Part shown: in pieces, positions 23,016 through 36,852 of the stretch | Position numbering within the stretch: position 1 is the first letter of the stretch | How the letters are laid out: every line of letters starts with the position of its first letter | DNA from: Blasia pusilla | Lineage: Eukaryota | Reading direction: 5' to 3' | Assembly (NCBI GenBank): GCA_050084515.1 | Contig: CM114271.1 | Span: 11,098,001 to 11,162,000 of the forward strand | Length of the DNA stretch: 64,000 bases | Position numbers and translations under genes: made by a program | The notes under the pieces: model-generated | Told to the model about the DNA's origin: nothing | The model's input: only the letters and a program-made list of their open reading frames with translations | Databases searched by the model: none

Positions 23016-24557
23016 ATGAGCAAGAGTCTAGGGATACCGGTGAAGCTGCTTCATGAGGCGGAGGGGCACATTGTGACAGTGGAGCTGAAGAGTGGCGAGC
23101 ACTACCGGGGTTCTCTCATCGAATGTGAGGACAACTGGAATTGCCAGCTTGATAACATTACGTACACAGCCAAGGTAAGCAAGGAGTTTCACTTATGAGA
23201 TTTTGGGGTTTTTGGTCGGTCGGCCCGATGAAAGATTTAATCACGAGCTTCGGAAACAATTTAGCCTCATTTTCCCCACAGCTTATGGTTCACACTTTAA
23301 TGGTTTGAATTTCAAAGGTAGCTGTAAACCCTGGTTTCCGAGCCAATTGGTTTAGACGAGTTACGTAATCTTGAGAGTGCCCGCATGTGCGTCGTTTATA
23401 TTTTGAGGCTGACTCATGTCAGTTTTATTATTTTCACCAAGCTCTAAATCGTATGGCGGTCTCTTTGTTGCTTTTTTTTTCCCGTATAATCACATTTTTT
23501 CGTTGCGATTGTCTTAGGATGGGAAGGTGTCTCAACTTGAGCATGTCTTCATCCGTGGGAGCAAAGTGAGGTACGCAAGCTTTCTGGGGTTTTCCGTTGA
23601 GTTGACTGGTTTGTCAAGTGACAGACGTATCTTTTACATTTTGGATGATACGAATCGAGAGTGAAAATGGTGGTAGGGTTGACGTTAGGATATCGGTGTC
23701 ATTTTTCATGTCTAATGTATGCATGTATGTGGTGTGTGTGCCTGCGAGCTGAATTCCTAAACTGTGTTACAGGTTTATGATCATCCCCGACATGCTCAAG
23801 AATGCTCCCATGTTCAAGCGCTTGGACGCCAAAATCAAGGTACGTGGATCGTCTTCGGGTTCTTTTTCTGGTGCATTTAGAAGCCGTCTTGTTCTCTTAT
23901 CACACTGGTAGTTAAGATTTTCTCTGCATGCCCTTATGTCTGTTTGTCAAAGCATTTGATTTTGCCTCTCTCTAGGATATCAATTCGAATTTTCTCACAT
24001 TGTCTGAGGGAGTCCATCCGTTTGTTCAGAAAGTATTAAGCACATCTATAAAAGAAAGTTTGTTTGCTCTCAAAATTTTACTGCACTCACACTTAAGGGC
24101 ATCCATACAGGGCAAGGGTTCCACAGGACTTGGAGTTGGTCGTGGACGAGCTGTTGCTTTGCGTGCTAAGGTAATTCTGAGGACTATTGCCTTGGGTTTG
24201 CGCAACCTCATTTGATCCGGATTACCAGTGAAGGTTATGAGAACGGGATCGGATGCTGCTGAATCTCTTATGTTACCTCTGATTTGATTCTGTTCCCAGT
24301 TAAGGGTGACTGTAAAAGCCATTCTCCTTGTACAAATGTATTCTGAGTAATAATGATAGTAAAGGATCAACTTATTCTCTGATTTGAGGTGGTTTTGGCA
24401 CAGCAAATGGTGATGGAAGTTGGAAGGTCTTCTTTTCATCACAGTAATGGTTTAATTCATGTTCTATTGTTTTTGGTTTTATTCACAGGCTCGTTCTGCA
24501 GCCCGGGGTACAGTTCCAGCACCCCCTGCAAGAGGAGCTGCACCTCTGAGGAGATGA
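23016..24557 (+). CDS. SmD3: Small nuclear ribonucleoprotein Sm D3 (135 aa); exons 23016-23174, 23518-23570, 23773-23839, 24111-24170, 24489-24557
   Basis: [28 protein letters not shown]...[34 protein letters not shown]...GRGR. All introns are GT-AG and phases are consistent (408 nt). Probable 5'UTR intron at ~22778-23006. Confidence 0.97.
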
Positions 24558-25335
24558 GTTGGCTGCAGTTTGAAGCCTCCTCTCTCATTGTGATGTTACT
24601 GCCAAAAATCGCACTACAGCATCGGTTGTATTGGGTGTGAATGCTTCAGTTGTTGCCAACTGATTTCTGCAGACATAGTTCTTTGTGCAGCCTTGTTATT
24701 ATATGCAGACTTTAAGAGGTGCAATGGGGAGAGAAGAGATGAATTGCTTGTGGACCTCTTGGAGATCTTTGCCAGGCCAGTTGTCATACAGACTTAGTTT
24801 CGCTGCACTTCAGATACTCCTTCAGCCACAGGGGTTGCAACCTCTATAGCTTGGAAGTGAATTAGCCTTGCAGGAGCAGGTATGCTGGAAGGATCCTGTA
24901 TCCATCAGAATTTTACGCAAAGATTTTGAATGTACATTTGAAGATTTGCTAGTCTGTCAAGTCTTCTCCAATTTTCCTTTACTGTACCCAAGTTTCTTAA
25001 ATGAATGTTTCACTCCAGTGTTTCTGTTCATCTTCATCAGCATAAGGGAGATGTATGTGTCCATGTACATTCAAGCATGTACCTGTACGCAGAGCTATCC
25101 CGAGAGTCACTGTGGCGTCGAGGTGGTCTACAGGTGTGGAAGAATGCTCTCAACCTGCGAGTTGGTGCAGGGTTTTTGAACTAGTAATATGAGATAGAGT
25201 GCTGCTTGTAATGATCACAAAACGTTGTTTTCCAAGTTGTATGCAGTTAGGCAGCTCTACCTGAACACTTATGAGCTTGTGGGTGTGCAAAATTGTTCAC
25301 AAATGACTGTATCCCAAGAGAACCTTGGCTTTCTG

Positions 25336-28300
25336 CTAGTTACATGCAAACAGGAGATTTTCTAGGTCCTGCAGATCTGTGCAAGTGCAGTATTTCCTTA
25401 GAAAGTGCAATTGCACTGGTCCATTCTCATTGGCTAGGGCAAATGTGTACTCTCCTGCTTCCTTGCTAATTCTTCTGGACATCTCAAAACAGACCATCTT
25501 ATCTCCTGTACCATTTATAGGAAATGTCTCAGAGATCATTGGAGTATCGTGTTGATCCAGTAGATTCCACATGTACACATGTGATACACTCGCCACAAAG
25601 AAAATGGAGGAATTTGCTGGAGACCATTGCGCAGAGACTATCTGCTCACTGGGTGCATCACAATGCCATATCCACGTTCGCCATGGCTGGTAACTGTCTA
25701 TTGTGAAGAGAGCAATAGTTCCATCTGCATATGCAACTAGGAAGCAGTCTTGCAGGAAAGGGGAGAAGGACACGCTCATAATTGGGCTAGGTAGAGAATT
25801 TAACTGGCTGGTCGCTTTACGAGAATAATTACTTGACGACCTAAATCCTCTGCTGGGAGTGTCTAGGAGGCTCGTTTTGACTAGTGTTCCGTCCCCAAAT
25901 GCCACAAAGATCTCATGTTGGACATCTGGAATTTCGATGAGTGAGTTGGCTTCAGGGATTGCAGTGGCCAGCTTTCCAGGGTAGGGGGGTATGACAATTA
26001 CCAAACCTGTTCTTATGAGATAGAAAGATGCCTCGTTCTGCATCCCTGGATCACTGCTCCGCGATGCCTTCACAATGAGCTCCTTGACCACCCACGTGAA
26101 CATATTACCCATTTTGTCCAGGGTCAAAAGTTTGAGGAACTTACCGGCCGGATTACCTCCTGGGTTGCTGGTCACAACTCCCATACTATTGCCGACAAAT
26201 TTCACACTGCAAATAGGGGCAGTATGGTTGTCTTGGATCCTGTAGCTCGTGGAGTAGGTAGGCACCAAGGAAGTAGGTACGGTATTTAAGGTCCAGCCGG
26301 CGGCGCCCCTTTCTGGAAGACTCCACAGCGCCAAGCTTCCCGTGTCAGTACCAGCCACCACTATTCCTTGATGGCCAGCTCTTACAGGCGTACTACATGA
26401 GGCGCAAAGTGGGGTTCCTTCCAAAAGAAGGATGTTGTGGAGACTACACGAAGATCGAAGGATGTAAACGCAAATGCAACCCTGGTGAGGTGAAGAATCT
26501 CCAGGTCCATATCCACAGAGCAATGCGGAGTTGCTTAACTCTGTGAAAGCAACGAATTCAACCTTACGTCCTGTGTCGAAACCATCGCTGCAAGCTAGTA
26601 TCTGTGATCTGCTACTCATTTTCCCCGCGCACTGCTCTTCACCCATAGTGTTGCCGAGGCTGTGTAATACCTGTGAAATCAAAGTAACACTGCCGTTTAA
26701 GTTACTGGTGAAGTGCCAATGAAAACTTTGCAAATCTGGTCTACACGGTAACGACAGAACGCTTGCTAGATAAATCAATGTCAGGCACACTGTCTAGGGA
26801 GGTTCGCTCTCCTGTTCTCGAGCGAGAGGGAACAGAAGTCCGCATAGACTTATGAACCAGAAGCCCGCATAGACTTTCGGTTGATAGTTCACGACCGTAG
26901 TTACAGAGCTTCTGGAAGGTTTGTGAACCGAGGAACTGCTAGTAATTGAGGAAATCCACCACAGGAAGGAAAGTACAAAATTTTCGTGCTCCAATCCGAG
27001 CACGAAAATTTTGTACATACCTTTCTCGAAGTAATGGAAATATCTTAAGTTCTTAATGGCCCGCAATGCCCAATCTGAGAGTTTCTCGACACCTTCAAAA
27101 GATGCACAATCGTTATACGTGAGCTCAATCGAAGGGTTTCTTTGAAGCTTGTAAGCTACCAAATCTTTTTTGAAAAATCTTTGGGTTTTCTTTCTACTAG
27201 GTTAATATTAGGTCTAAAGGTCCACGACTGCCGGTGACAGCACCAATTCTCTTGGAGTTAAATCTAGGGGTCTCGTTGTCCCAAGCCGATAATTTACTAC
27301 CATCTAAGGGATATGATGTACTTGGATTTCTTTGATTCACGTGAAATTACGTCCGAAACAAGCGTGGGCTCCATTTTTGAATCCTGTTGGTTCGCTCGTG
27401 TTTCCTGACTGACTTTTTAGGGGAGCTACCACATTCTCTTGCAAGGGTTCACCATACAGTAAAGTGAAAGTTTTTTTTTCCCCTTACGTTATCTGAGAAA
27501 CACCACGATCATGCGGGAACTTTTCACCAGCCTTGTGGTTTTTTAGTTTCCTGTTACTTTTCCATAGTTTATGTTATTCATTTCCTACTGAAAGAGATAA
27601 ATAATGGATTGATGTCTCCTAGCAGCAATGACTGGAAACTTGCTTCATTGTTTGTATGACTTATCAGTGAATGTGCAACCTAGATTACAGCGATCTACCA
27701 CCTGGCAGGAAATCGTACGCATTTCTGGAAACTTGGAAATTCAGGGTGAGGAAGGATCCTAAATATATGGATATTTACCAGTTGGAAGGGACGCCCGGTG
27801 AGAGTCTCAATAACGTTTGCTGCGTGAGTGAGGAAGTTCTCGAGGTGAATCTCTTGGACATTTCTCGTCTGGGAGGTCGAGAAATGTTTGTTTAAATAAT
27901 GGTTGAGGTCAGTTGCACAAAGAGGATTTAAATTTGATGGTGTCACGTCCTCGGGGACCATAGAGGCCACAGATGCCCGAACTACCTGCTTGTGTGGAAC
28001 ACCTGGATCTCATGAGAAGCAAGGAAGGTCTCCTCATACCAAACCCCATTTCACATTTTGATGTGCACCCGGTCTCTGCATTCATCAATGTCTTTGTGGG
28101 TAAAGATTTTCATATTCAGAACCGTTTCACATAATGTTTTAAAGTCCTTATGTTGCCCACTAGCTTATGAAAGGCAAGAAACTATCTCAATTGAAGGTTT
28201 CCTGAACCACTTAGAGTTTCTGTCCTTGGCTGGACACATACGAGAAATGGTCGTGAGTGTTAAGAGCGCAAAAACCCAGAATGCCTGGCACTACCCCAAG

Positions 28301-29616
28301 TTACTCATAATCTGTTCCATGTACTTGTATAGGTGTGCCGAAACGCTACACAATGCCAATCAGCAGTGGGATTCGTACCCACGCCCTTTCGGACCAGTAC
28401 CTAAAACTGGCGCCTTAGACCAACTCGGCCATATTGACATGCACACAATTGTAAAATAAAATAAAATAACACAAATTTTGAATAAGTTCAAGGGGGATCC
28501 GCTTACAACCTCGGTAGTCTGTGTCAACTTGTTCCCGGTCCAAGCATCCAAATCCGTCTGTGTAGTTCTGCAGTCCCTTGCACACGACTCCACTTTGACA
28601 GCCGTGACGTGATCTTGACAATACAAAGTTTCCGATACTTCTTTGAATTTTACAGCAATTTCCTGGAGGATCTGCCTCCGCCCACAGCAATTGGGACGAG
28701 ATCCTTCAGAAGTAGAAGCATTGCTGGAAAGAGCCGCACTCCAAATCCGCACCACATCGGTGGCGCTGCGTCTGTCCATCTGCAAATCCATATGCTGCTC
28801 TTTAGCCCCAAATCTGTTGTCGTGTTGGAATCAGTCAGTTTTAATGACGATAAGCAGGTGGATCGTTCTCACGTCCATTTTTCAGGGTTACTTGTTGGTT
28901 GCATGAATCGGACGTGAGCGTCATTGTGGGGAGCGAACCGCATCTTCACAATTCCTACAAGTCTTCACAATTCTTACAACAATTTGAAACTCTTCTCCTG
29001 GTTAATCAACAATGATCCCGTTTTCAGGACGAAATTGTACACGCGTTGGATTAGCGCTCATGGTCTTGAAAGTTGAAATTATCTGAAGATCTTATTCCCC
29101 GTTTCACACGCGTCTAACCAATAAGCAAGTAGGCTCTCATTTGATAATTAACGTCGATGCACAGATTCAAGATTTGCTTACGGATTCTGACTGTCAATCT
29201 CTCGATTGCAAGTTGAGTTTCAAGATTCCAGGTGAACATGACCAGTCATAAATTCAAAAAATAGACATTTCTTCATACCAGCACTTCTTCCGATGTTGTT
29301 AACTTCCTCCGCAGTAAAGATCCTAGCGGTTGAAGTGAACTACTGTTTAAGGTACTATCCAGAAGTTTATAGTTGGTCAAAAGGGACAAATCCAAAATAA
29401 GACCAGTAGATTTCAGGAAAATGGCCCATTGAACAAGCGAGTTCGAGCACAGACCTCACCACTGGTGTCGTCTTCACCACCGAAGTCAGTTTCATAAGAT
29501 TCGAACTCATCGAAGCCATTGTCGTAGTGATCAAACACACGCGATTCCTCTATAGCTCTGGGGGACTCCACCTTGCATTTCGCGATTTTCTTTCTCAATT
29601 TTCTAGATTCTCCCAT
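25336..29616 (-). CDS. WD40 protein, dynein-2 (IFT dynein) intermediate chain WDR60/DYNC2I1/FAP163-like; approximate exons 29616-29454, short exon ~29320-29279, ~28812-28511, ~28003-27777, ~26671-25336
   Basis: Acidic N-terminus (YDNGFDEFESYETDF), TQT motifs (RTTQTD, KLTQTTE) typical of dynein ICs, LENFLTHAANVIETL, and a WD40 C-terminus (VAGTDTGSLALWSL, SVSFSPFLQDCFLVAYADGTIALF, QWSPANSSIFFV, YMWNLL). Internal exon borders are uncertain. Confidence 0.72.
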
Positions 29617-30199
29617 GTTTCTCGGCGCTCTTGATCCAGAAATCAGTTATCTTCAAGAAACGCTCTCCACTTCCTCTAGGCTGCCTTGCCGCTTATTTCC
29701 ATGGCAAACATAAATTCTTGAGGCTTTCAATTTCTTTTGATCATTGACGGTAATAACCGACCTCGCTCATGGAACACGTGATCAATAGCACAGATTGTGC
29801 TTGTATCAAGGATTTGGCACCGCCTTCATCCCATATGTATTATGTGTCATGAACAAACCGCCAATTGAAGATTCGCAATCAAGGGACACTCGACGCCCTC
29901 TCGCCCGGTTTTTAGGTTTTAGACCGTCTTCACCGAAAGCCATAAACTGCCGCGGTTTTGCATTGATTGCGAGGCCCGGTACAATCAGCGGGCAGGTAGT
30001 AAAAAACTAATTTTGCAAGTAAATAACAAGTAATCTATGGCCTTCGGTCTTCACACACCTTCTTCAAACCCCCAACCACCGAACCATATGTGGTTGGTTG
30101 GGGGGGTTTGAGGAAGGTGTTTACAGAGTTTGGATCCATTTGGCACGGATATTATGTTTAGTATTGCCCGCGAGACTAGCTTCCTTGTGAGAAAGGCAC

Positions 30200-30600
30200 T
30201 CCTCCATGCGAGATTCTTTTATTCTTGCTGATCTTTACATGACGCGAGAGGTGGAGGTGGCTGATGTTGTAATAACGTATTCTATGCGAGAAGTTGTGCG
30301 AGCCCAAGTGGTGGCACAAGGGAGATTGCTATAAGGAGTGGTGGAGGAAGCGGCAAAGAAGACCCATATTCATAGTCGACTTCACATGGACGAGGAGTTG
30401 TCCCCCCGAGCCATAGAGATGTACGGGGCTATGGGGGAGAGGTTTGACTCGCTCCTCATGGATTGTGCTCATCATCTCTAGTCGAGAAATGGGTTGTTCT
30501 TAGCTACTGCGATTATTTATTGTAGGCAACGGGTTTCCATAGCTTTGCAGTGTGCCCAGGCTAATGGGCTTTTTTGGTGGGCTTAGGCTATAGGAGACGT
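30200..30600 (+). mobile_element. Degenerate 3' end of a restriction-like-endonuclease (CRE/R2-type) non-LTR retrotransposon
   Basis: Reads ADVVIT...EEAAKK...PRAIEMYGAMG...RQRVSIALQCAQA, the RLE C-terminal signature, with stops. Confidence 0.55.
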
Positions 30601-31124
30601 CGGCACTAGAGGCCCACTTAGTAGTAGTCATAGTTCTCTTGGTGTTGTTGCTATTGCCTCTGCTGGTGGTGAGTTTAGTCGATAGGGGGGAATGCCCCCT
30701 TCTTCTTCTTCATGGCTGGTTGTGGCCTTTGGGTACTTGACTCTTCGAGTCCCTCTCTTTTGTATTTATGATGGGTTTTCCATCATGCGTTTTTATTGAG
30801 GTTCATCATCGCTTTTCTTCCTCACCTCACTCGCGTCACCAGTGGTGATCATTTGTTGAGAGAGGGACTCCATCTCATCATCGTATTTTTATTTTATTTT
30901 TGCTTAGTTGGTCTCCAACATCTCCTTGGGCCTAGTCAACTCAATATTTACGAACCAAGAATCTTAAAAGACCTTCACTAGAGTTCCAAGAAAACTCTCA
31001 AATTGACTTGTGCACATTCCATTCTCTTGTTCACTACAAAGCACTCTCATGACTCTCACGCGCATACACATCGTTTCACAACCTATGTCGTTGTCACACA
31101 TGTATAAATAAATCTACACTAACA

Positions 31125-31316
31125 TCTATATTAATATCGGAGAGTGCCTCTTCATTTGGAAATCTCCTTTCCTCTTGATACTTGGCACTCTCAGGCAATG
31201 AGATCACTCGCCTTCTAAACCAATAGGATCATTAGAAATTAATTTAAAATGGTATTTGAGAATTTTGAGAATATAGCACGTAATTTAAACTCGTGAATCG
31301 CATGGACTTACACTAG
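31125..31316 (+). mobile_element. Mini non-autonomous Helitron (~190 bp)
   Basis: A|TCTATATTAATA 5' end, subterminal imperfect hairpin cgtgaatcgcatg, CTAG|T 3' end. Confidence 0.55.
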
Positions 31317-31369
31317 TAACACAAAATAGATACACATCATATCCATATGTACACCATTACACAAGGATG

Positions 31370-32176
31370 CCACACAATCGACCCCTAAGTTGGTGATTTC
31401 TCAAACACCGGTCTCGTGTGTCGTGGAAGCTTGCATTCAGCAAGTTATATTCTCCGTACTGATCTTCACCCAAACACACTCATATTACCCACAATTTGGA
31501 TGAACCACCACCCTTGCGTCTCCCTAGCCTTGGCCACCCTTCAAGCTCAGCAGATCTAGATGGGTCAAATATCGACCTAGTTCTTCCCTCCCCAACACAC
31601 GCAAGTCCCAACTTGCGTTTCCAACTACCTAATGGATCTCGAACGAGTCTCTAATTGGGACTCAATATCTAAGTGATGGATAAAGGTCTAAGGTTGGTTT
31701 CCAAGGTAGGGTTTAGATTCCAATCATCCTTGGAGAACCTGCCCTTATATATAGTTTTAGAAATTCCGACCCCTCGCTACCTCTAGGGAATTCTTCTCAG
31801 GCGGCTCCTTATGGCCCTCAACCAAACTATCATTCCAATAGTTTTGTGATGGTTTCTAGATCTTTGATGATGCATTTCACCATATTTTTAGTGCGTTGGA
31901 ATTGGCCTCTCAAAGGATTTCTAATGCCACCTTATTAATCCCAAATGCATATGGGGTATAGTTAGTATGACCTCAAACATGGAGAACCCCCAAACACTCA
32001 ATCAAGTTCTAAGTGAAGTTGTAGTTCCCTTGGTGCCAAACTCTTGTGGGACTTGAAAAATTTTCAAGTCCCGCTTGATGTTTGGTCTTTCTTTGCTAGA
32101 TTGCAACCTCATTGTTGGAGATGCCCATCAAGGCTCACATTTTGCTTCTCGGGTCTATGGTCGCAAGGCTACGACA
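31370..32176 (-). mobile_element. Diverged LTR-like relic related to the ~1-kb solo-LTR family
   Basis: Shares blocks with 34747-35773 (ttagtgcgttggaa, tcccaaatgcat, ggccctcaacc); ends ...ctacgaca. Confidence 0.45.
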
Positions 32177-32191
32177 GACACTACTTAATGA

Positions 32192-32193
<2 letters not shown>

Positions 32194-32283
<90 letters not shown>
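32194..32283. repeat. (TC)n microsatellite, ~45 units
   Basis: Directly visible. Confidence 0.98.
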
Positions 32284-32287
<4 letters not shown>

Positions 32288-34746
32288 CTAGTTTATGCTA
32301 ACTCTCACTTTCCTACCACTTCCAAGCTCTCAACCAAATGAGCTCCTTCACAACTCACCCTCTCTCGACACTCATGTTCATGCTGCTCAAACTGACAAAC
32401 CTAATGTCCCAAAGTCAAAATGCACATTGTTTTGAGTTCCAAACTTATTAACTTATCATTTTCCCGACTCCAAACTCACAACCATTCTTTAAGATCATTG
32501 GCCCATTGTTAAACTCACATGAGACACATCATATTTTCATATTAATCTATAATTATAAATCGACACATTAATTTTTTGCTAAGAAAAAAATGCCACTTCT
32601 TTTTTGGCCCATCTTCGTTATAGTTTATAACTACCTTGTGACATGTTGCCTGCTTTGAACATGGTCTTTGTATAACTAGTTTGTACAGACTTAGTTATAA
32701 ATTTCCTATTGCAAAAAACACAATATTCCTTTTAGTGATGGTTGGTCTCTCCATCTTGATCCTAAACTCTTCCCCCTCTCTGAGTTTACAGCAGTGACTA
32801 AATGTGACTCCATTATCTTGCAAGTAATTTGGGAGTCAATTGATCGGTTTGGAAGTAACTAAGAGTGATTCAAATGAATCTTAGTAACACGAGGCACAAA
32901 CATATTGGTTTAAAATGGCCCATTTTCTACTTGTGTGAATCTTTGGGAATCAACCTAAGTCTTCCACTTGGAAATCTCAAGGTCGAGAGTGTTTTAAGGC
33001 AAAGCTAGGAGAAGTAGAGGTCAGACTTTATAACACTCATGAGTTGACGAGCTCTGACCGAACAATGTGGTCAGAGCTATCGATTGTGCATATTACGAGT
33101 GTTGTGTAAAATTAGTTGGTAGTATAGAGATTTTTATTGAGAGGCACTACATAATGAGAGTACTCATTAAGTAGTGATTTTTTTAGCCTTGCAAACATAG
33201 ACCCCAAGCCTTGGTTGAATGGTGTTGTGTCAATAGATTTTTTTCAAGTAAGGACCAACCTTCTAGCTGCAACAATCGTTGATGCAAGATTGAATTCTGT
33301 CTACATCCATAGGTCCCTAAATAAGGACATACAAAGTACAATCCCAAGTCCTTCCGTACGTGACAATAGTAAGCGTCATTGGAGTAGATGATTGCATAGC
33401 TTGGTTCATGAATATCTCTCCAAAGTGGTAGATTAAATAACGAGTAAACCAATGCCTATCTACGAAGAGGATATTTACGTGGTATGGGTTAAGAAAAGGG
33501 GAGTCGGGTACGAATCGCGCTCCATCCCTATACATGATTGATGGACATTCTCTATCCTCTTTTCTTCCCCTAAAAAAATTAGGTCATAGGTAAATTGTTA
33601 CATATATTCCCTCGGATTCATAGAAGAAAAGTTTCCCCATTTCAACCTATACTAGTTAATCTCTAAGTCCTCAAGAATGGATTATGGTGAAGTTGCTCTC
33701 CCAAGAGTGATAATACACTCTCATTGGAAAAGTTATGAGTCCAAATCAATATACTATCCCAAGAATGATAGAGGCAACTCTTCTAAAATAATAAGTCTCG
33801 GAATAATCATCTCCACATATATCAGACTCTCAAAACTCTTAAAGAATAGATCATGGCCAAGTCACTCTCCCAAGAGGGATAATTTTCCCGACCCTCATAA
33901 TCAAACGAGCAGCAAGCGAAACATCAGAACTCTAGTAGACTCACGCTAGAATGGTTGACGTTTGGAGAGGTCTCAAGAAGAGACAAGTTAGGAAACACAA
34001 GTGCGAGACGCGAGTGAGGCTAGAGTTTTGAGTGTTTTATGTGTTTATGGTTGCTACTAAGGAAATTGGAACCAAATGTGAACCCACACTTGAGAGGAGT
34101 CGAGTCTAGGATGAGACGTGGCCAAAAGGTGAGAACCGGATTTGGAACATGACTAGCGTTTGGGATTTTTTTATTGTATTTTAGACCATAACTTTTAGTT
34201 TTAAGATGCATTTGGGCAATTAACATAATGTTGGAAAGCTTATGCAAAGCTGGTTTGATTCTAATGCACCAAAGATCTCAAAAAATGCACCAGTAGAGGT
34301 TGAGATTTTGGCAAAAAAGACTATGTCTGGAGTTAGGCTGAGGGCTAAAAAGAGAGGCCCGGGTATCTCTTCCCCAAAGGTAGGGGAAGGGCGGGGATCC
34401 CCTAGAAGTACTAGTAAGCGGTAAGGCCTCCAAGAGTGCTTGGGACTCGAACCCCACTTTGGGGTGCCGCGGGGCGACCCAAGGGCACGGAATGGACCGG
34501 AAGTTTTGGCGTTGGGGTTCGAGACCTGAGCCAAGTCCAATAGAGTGGATTTCAGAGGTCCCTTTTGGATTCCTATCTGTGACTCATTTAGTTGGGTCTT
34601 GGTTTGGGGCTCATGCAAGGTTCATTGGATAGTTGGGATTGCTAGGCCTGCAAACACCATTTTAGGCGCCTAGATTAATCAGAACGTCTGTCCCAAGTCT
34701 CGGAAGACTTGCCCGTATTGGGCAGCTAAGAGCTAGGGAAGGTTCA

Positions 34747-35773
34747 TGTCGTGCACCTATTCTCCTTGAATGTTAATCTTTGTTGTTGCGGATGCGTGCG
34801 TTCAGTAGGTCACGCTCTCAACGTTGATCTGCATCCAAACACGTACTTTAGTTAGTCAGGTTTGGATCAATCAGCGGGTTAACTTTACGAGTTCTAGTCT
34901 CGGTCTCACATCAAGCTCAACTTTCCTAGTTTCACCGTTTATAACACAGGCAAGTCTCAAAAGACTTGGGACAAACTTTCTGGTCGGTTCAGGAACCTCA
35001 AACGGCGTTTCGTGTCAAGCGGTTCCAACTGTCCGATGGACATCCAATAAGTCCCTAACCGAGACTCACAAAAAATGAATCACGGGTCAAAATCCAAGTG
35101 TGGCGTCAAAGTCCACTCCCTTGGATCAAGTTTGGGTTTCGAGTTCCAGCGCCAAACTCTCGTTCCATCCCGTGCCCTTGAGACGCCGTTTGGTGCTCAA
35201 AGTGGGGATTTGTGTTCCTAGACATCTTGGAGAGACTCCTCCCTTACAAATACTTCTGGAGATCTCCGGGCTTCCCCTAGCTTTATGGAAGGATAGCCGG
35301 GCCCCTCAAAGTGGCCCTCAATCTGATTGCTCTGACAGTTGTTTTAGGCCAATATCTCAGCATCTACTTATGAATTTGCTAAGATCTTTAGTGCGTTGGA
35401 AGCGCCACAAGATAAGCTTTCCAATGGGCTCTTATTTGTCCCAAATTCATCTTGGGGCTAAACGTTATGGTCCAAAATACTATCAACTTCCCCAAACGCT
35501 AGTGGCGTTCCAAAATTGGTTCTCACCTCTTTGGCAACCAACCTTCCAAGACTCAACTCATCTCAAGTCTTGGTTTGGGTTTGGTCTAGGTTTCTTGGTG
35601 GTGACCACTAACACATGAAACACACAACTCTGTTCTGCGTTTTGTCTCTTGGACTTTTCCAAGAGACCTTCCAAAAGCCTCTCCAAAGCGCGATCATTGC
35701 AGCATGAGTCACTTGAGTTCTGATGTTCCGCTTGGCGCCTATTTGGTGTTCGTTTGGTTATGAGCATCGCAAA
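34747..35773 (-). mobile_element. Solo LTR (~1.03 kb), inverted, nested in a related LTR
   Basis: Plus strand starts TGTCGTGCACCTATTCTCC, the reverse complement of the family 3' end. Closely matches 59726-60447. Degenerate TSD gttca/attga. Confidence 0.8.
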
Positions 35774-35789
35774 AATTGAGCTTGATGAG

Positions 35790-36088
35790 CATGGTTGCGA
35801 AAAAGGACAAGTCCTTTCTTAGGACGGACATGGATAGACAAGTCTGGATATGTCCATGGACATGGGTTCCAAGAGGTGTGACCCATACTTTTAGTCCATG
35901 ATGAAAGGCAATGCAAGGATGAGAGGAGGAGGGAGTGGAGGTAGAGGGAGGAAGAAATGGGGGAATATGGAACACGAAGGCAAGTAAAGGGAATGAGAAA
36001 GAAAGGAAAGGTGGGGCCCATACGGACAAGTCCTTCCATAGGACGGACATAAGTCCACGGACACGGACTTTGTCCACATGCAACCTTG
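35790..36088 (-). mobile_element. hAT-type MITE (299 bp)
   Basis: TIRs CATGGTTGC...GCAACCTTG; perfect 8-bp TSD ttgatgag (35782-35789, 36089-36096). Confidence 0.9.
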
Positions 36089-36550
36089 TTGATGAGGTGT
36101 CGAGTTGAGAACCGGTGCATTGGAAGGACGATTGACCCAGACTAGACTAACGTGAGTATGTTTGGATGCAGATCGACGATGAGAGTAGGTCCTACTGAAC
36201 CTACGTATTTGCAACACTAAAGATTGATGCTCAAGAGGAGTAGGCGCAGGACTCTCATCCACTCTCATTGGAAGAGTAAGCAAGCCGAATGTCATCTACT
36301 CAAGAGTGACAAGATAAACTCAAGAGATGAAGTTCAAGGTTATAAACCCTTAAAGTTCTCTCCTCTTTATATACTCATAAGGAATCTACAAGAGTAAAAA
36401 ATATGGCCAATCTTATCTTGTACCACATGGCTTCCTCTAAAGACTTAGCCAATCTCATTTTGATACAAGTAGATTAATTTTTATCTCCTAAAATATCCTT
36501 ATAGATCCACTTCATATCCTCCAAACTACCCCAACTACCCTCGCCTTGAC

Positions 36551-36852
36551 CAAGGTTGCATGTGGACAAAGTCCGTGTCCGTGGACTTGTGTCCGTCCTA
36601 TGGAAGGACTTGTCCGTATGGGCCCCACCTTTCCCTTCTTTCTCATTCCCCTTACTTGCCTCCGTTTTCCATACTCCTCCATTTCTTCCTCATTCCACCT
36701 CCACTCCCTCCTCCCTCATTGCTTCTCTCATCCTTGCCTTGCCTTCCATCATGGTCTAAAAGTATGGGTCCCACCTCTTGGAACCCATGTCTGTGGATAT
36801 GTCCATCCATGTCCGTCCTAAGGAAGGCCTTGTCTGTTTTGGTGCAACCATG
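36551..36852 (+). mobile_element. hAT-type MITE (302 bp), second copy in opposite orientation
   Basis: TIRs CAAGGTTGCA...TGCAACCATG; perfect 8-bp TSD gccttgac (36543-36550, 36853-36860). Confidence 0.9.

Larger units (their letters stand above)
33886..36250 (+). mobile_element. ~1-kb-family LTR interrupted by an inverted LTR of the same family and a hAT MITE
   Basis: 33886-34746, 35775-35789 and 36097-36250 join into a sequence colinear with 45354-46364 (gaccctcata... to ...gagtaggcgca). Confidence 0.75.

Noticed and set aside
25336-26790. Stand-alone 484-aa WD40 gene
   Set aside because: The N-terminal ~40 codons look intronic (CAG acceptor near 26672), and upstream exons with dynein-IC features exist.
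32044-32301. ORF with poly-SL tract
   Set aside because: Translation of the (TC)n microsatellite.
33183-33535. Possible transposon-protein fragment on the minus strand
   Set aside because: No motif I could identify; too short and disrupted to call.
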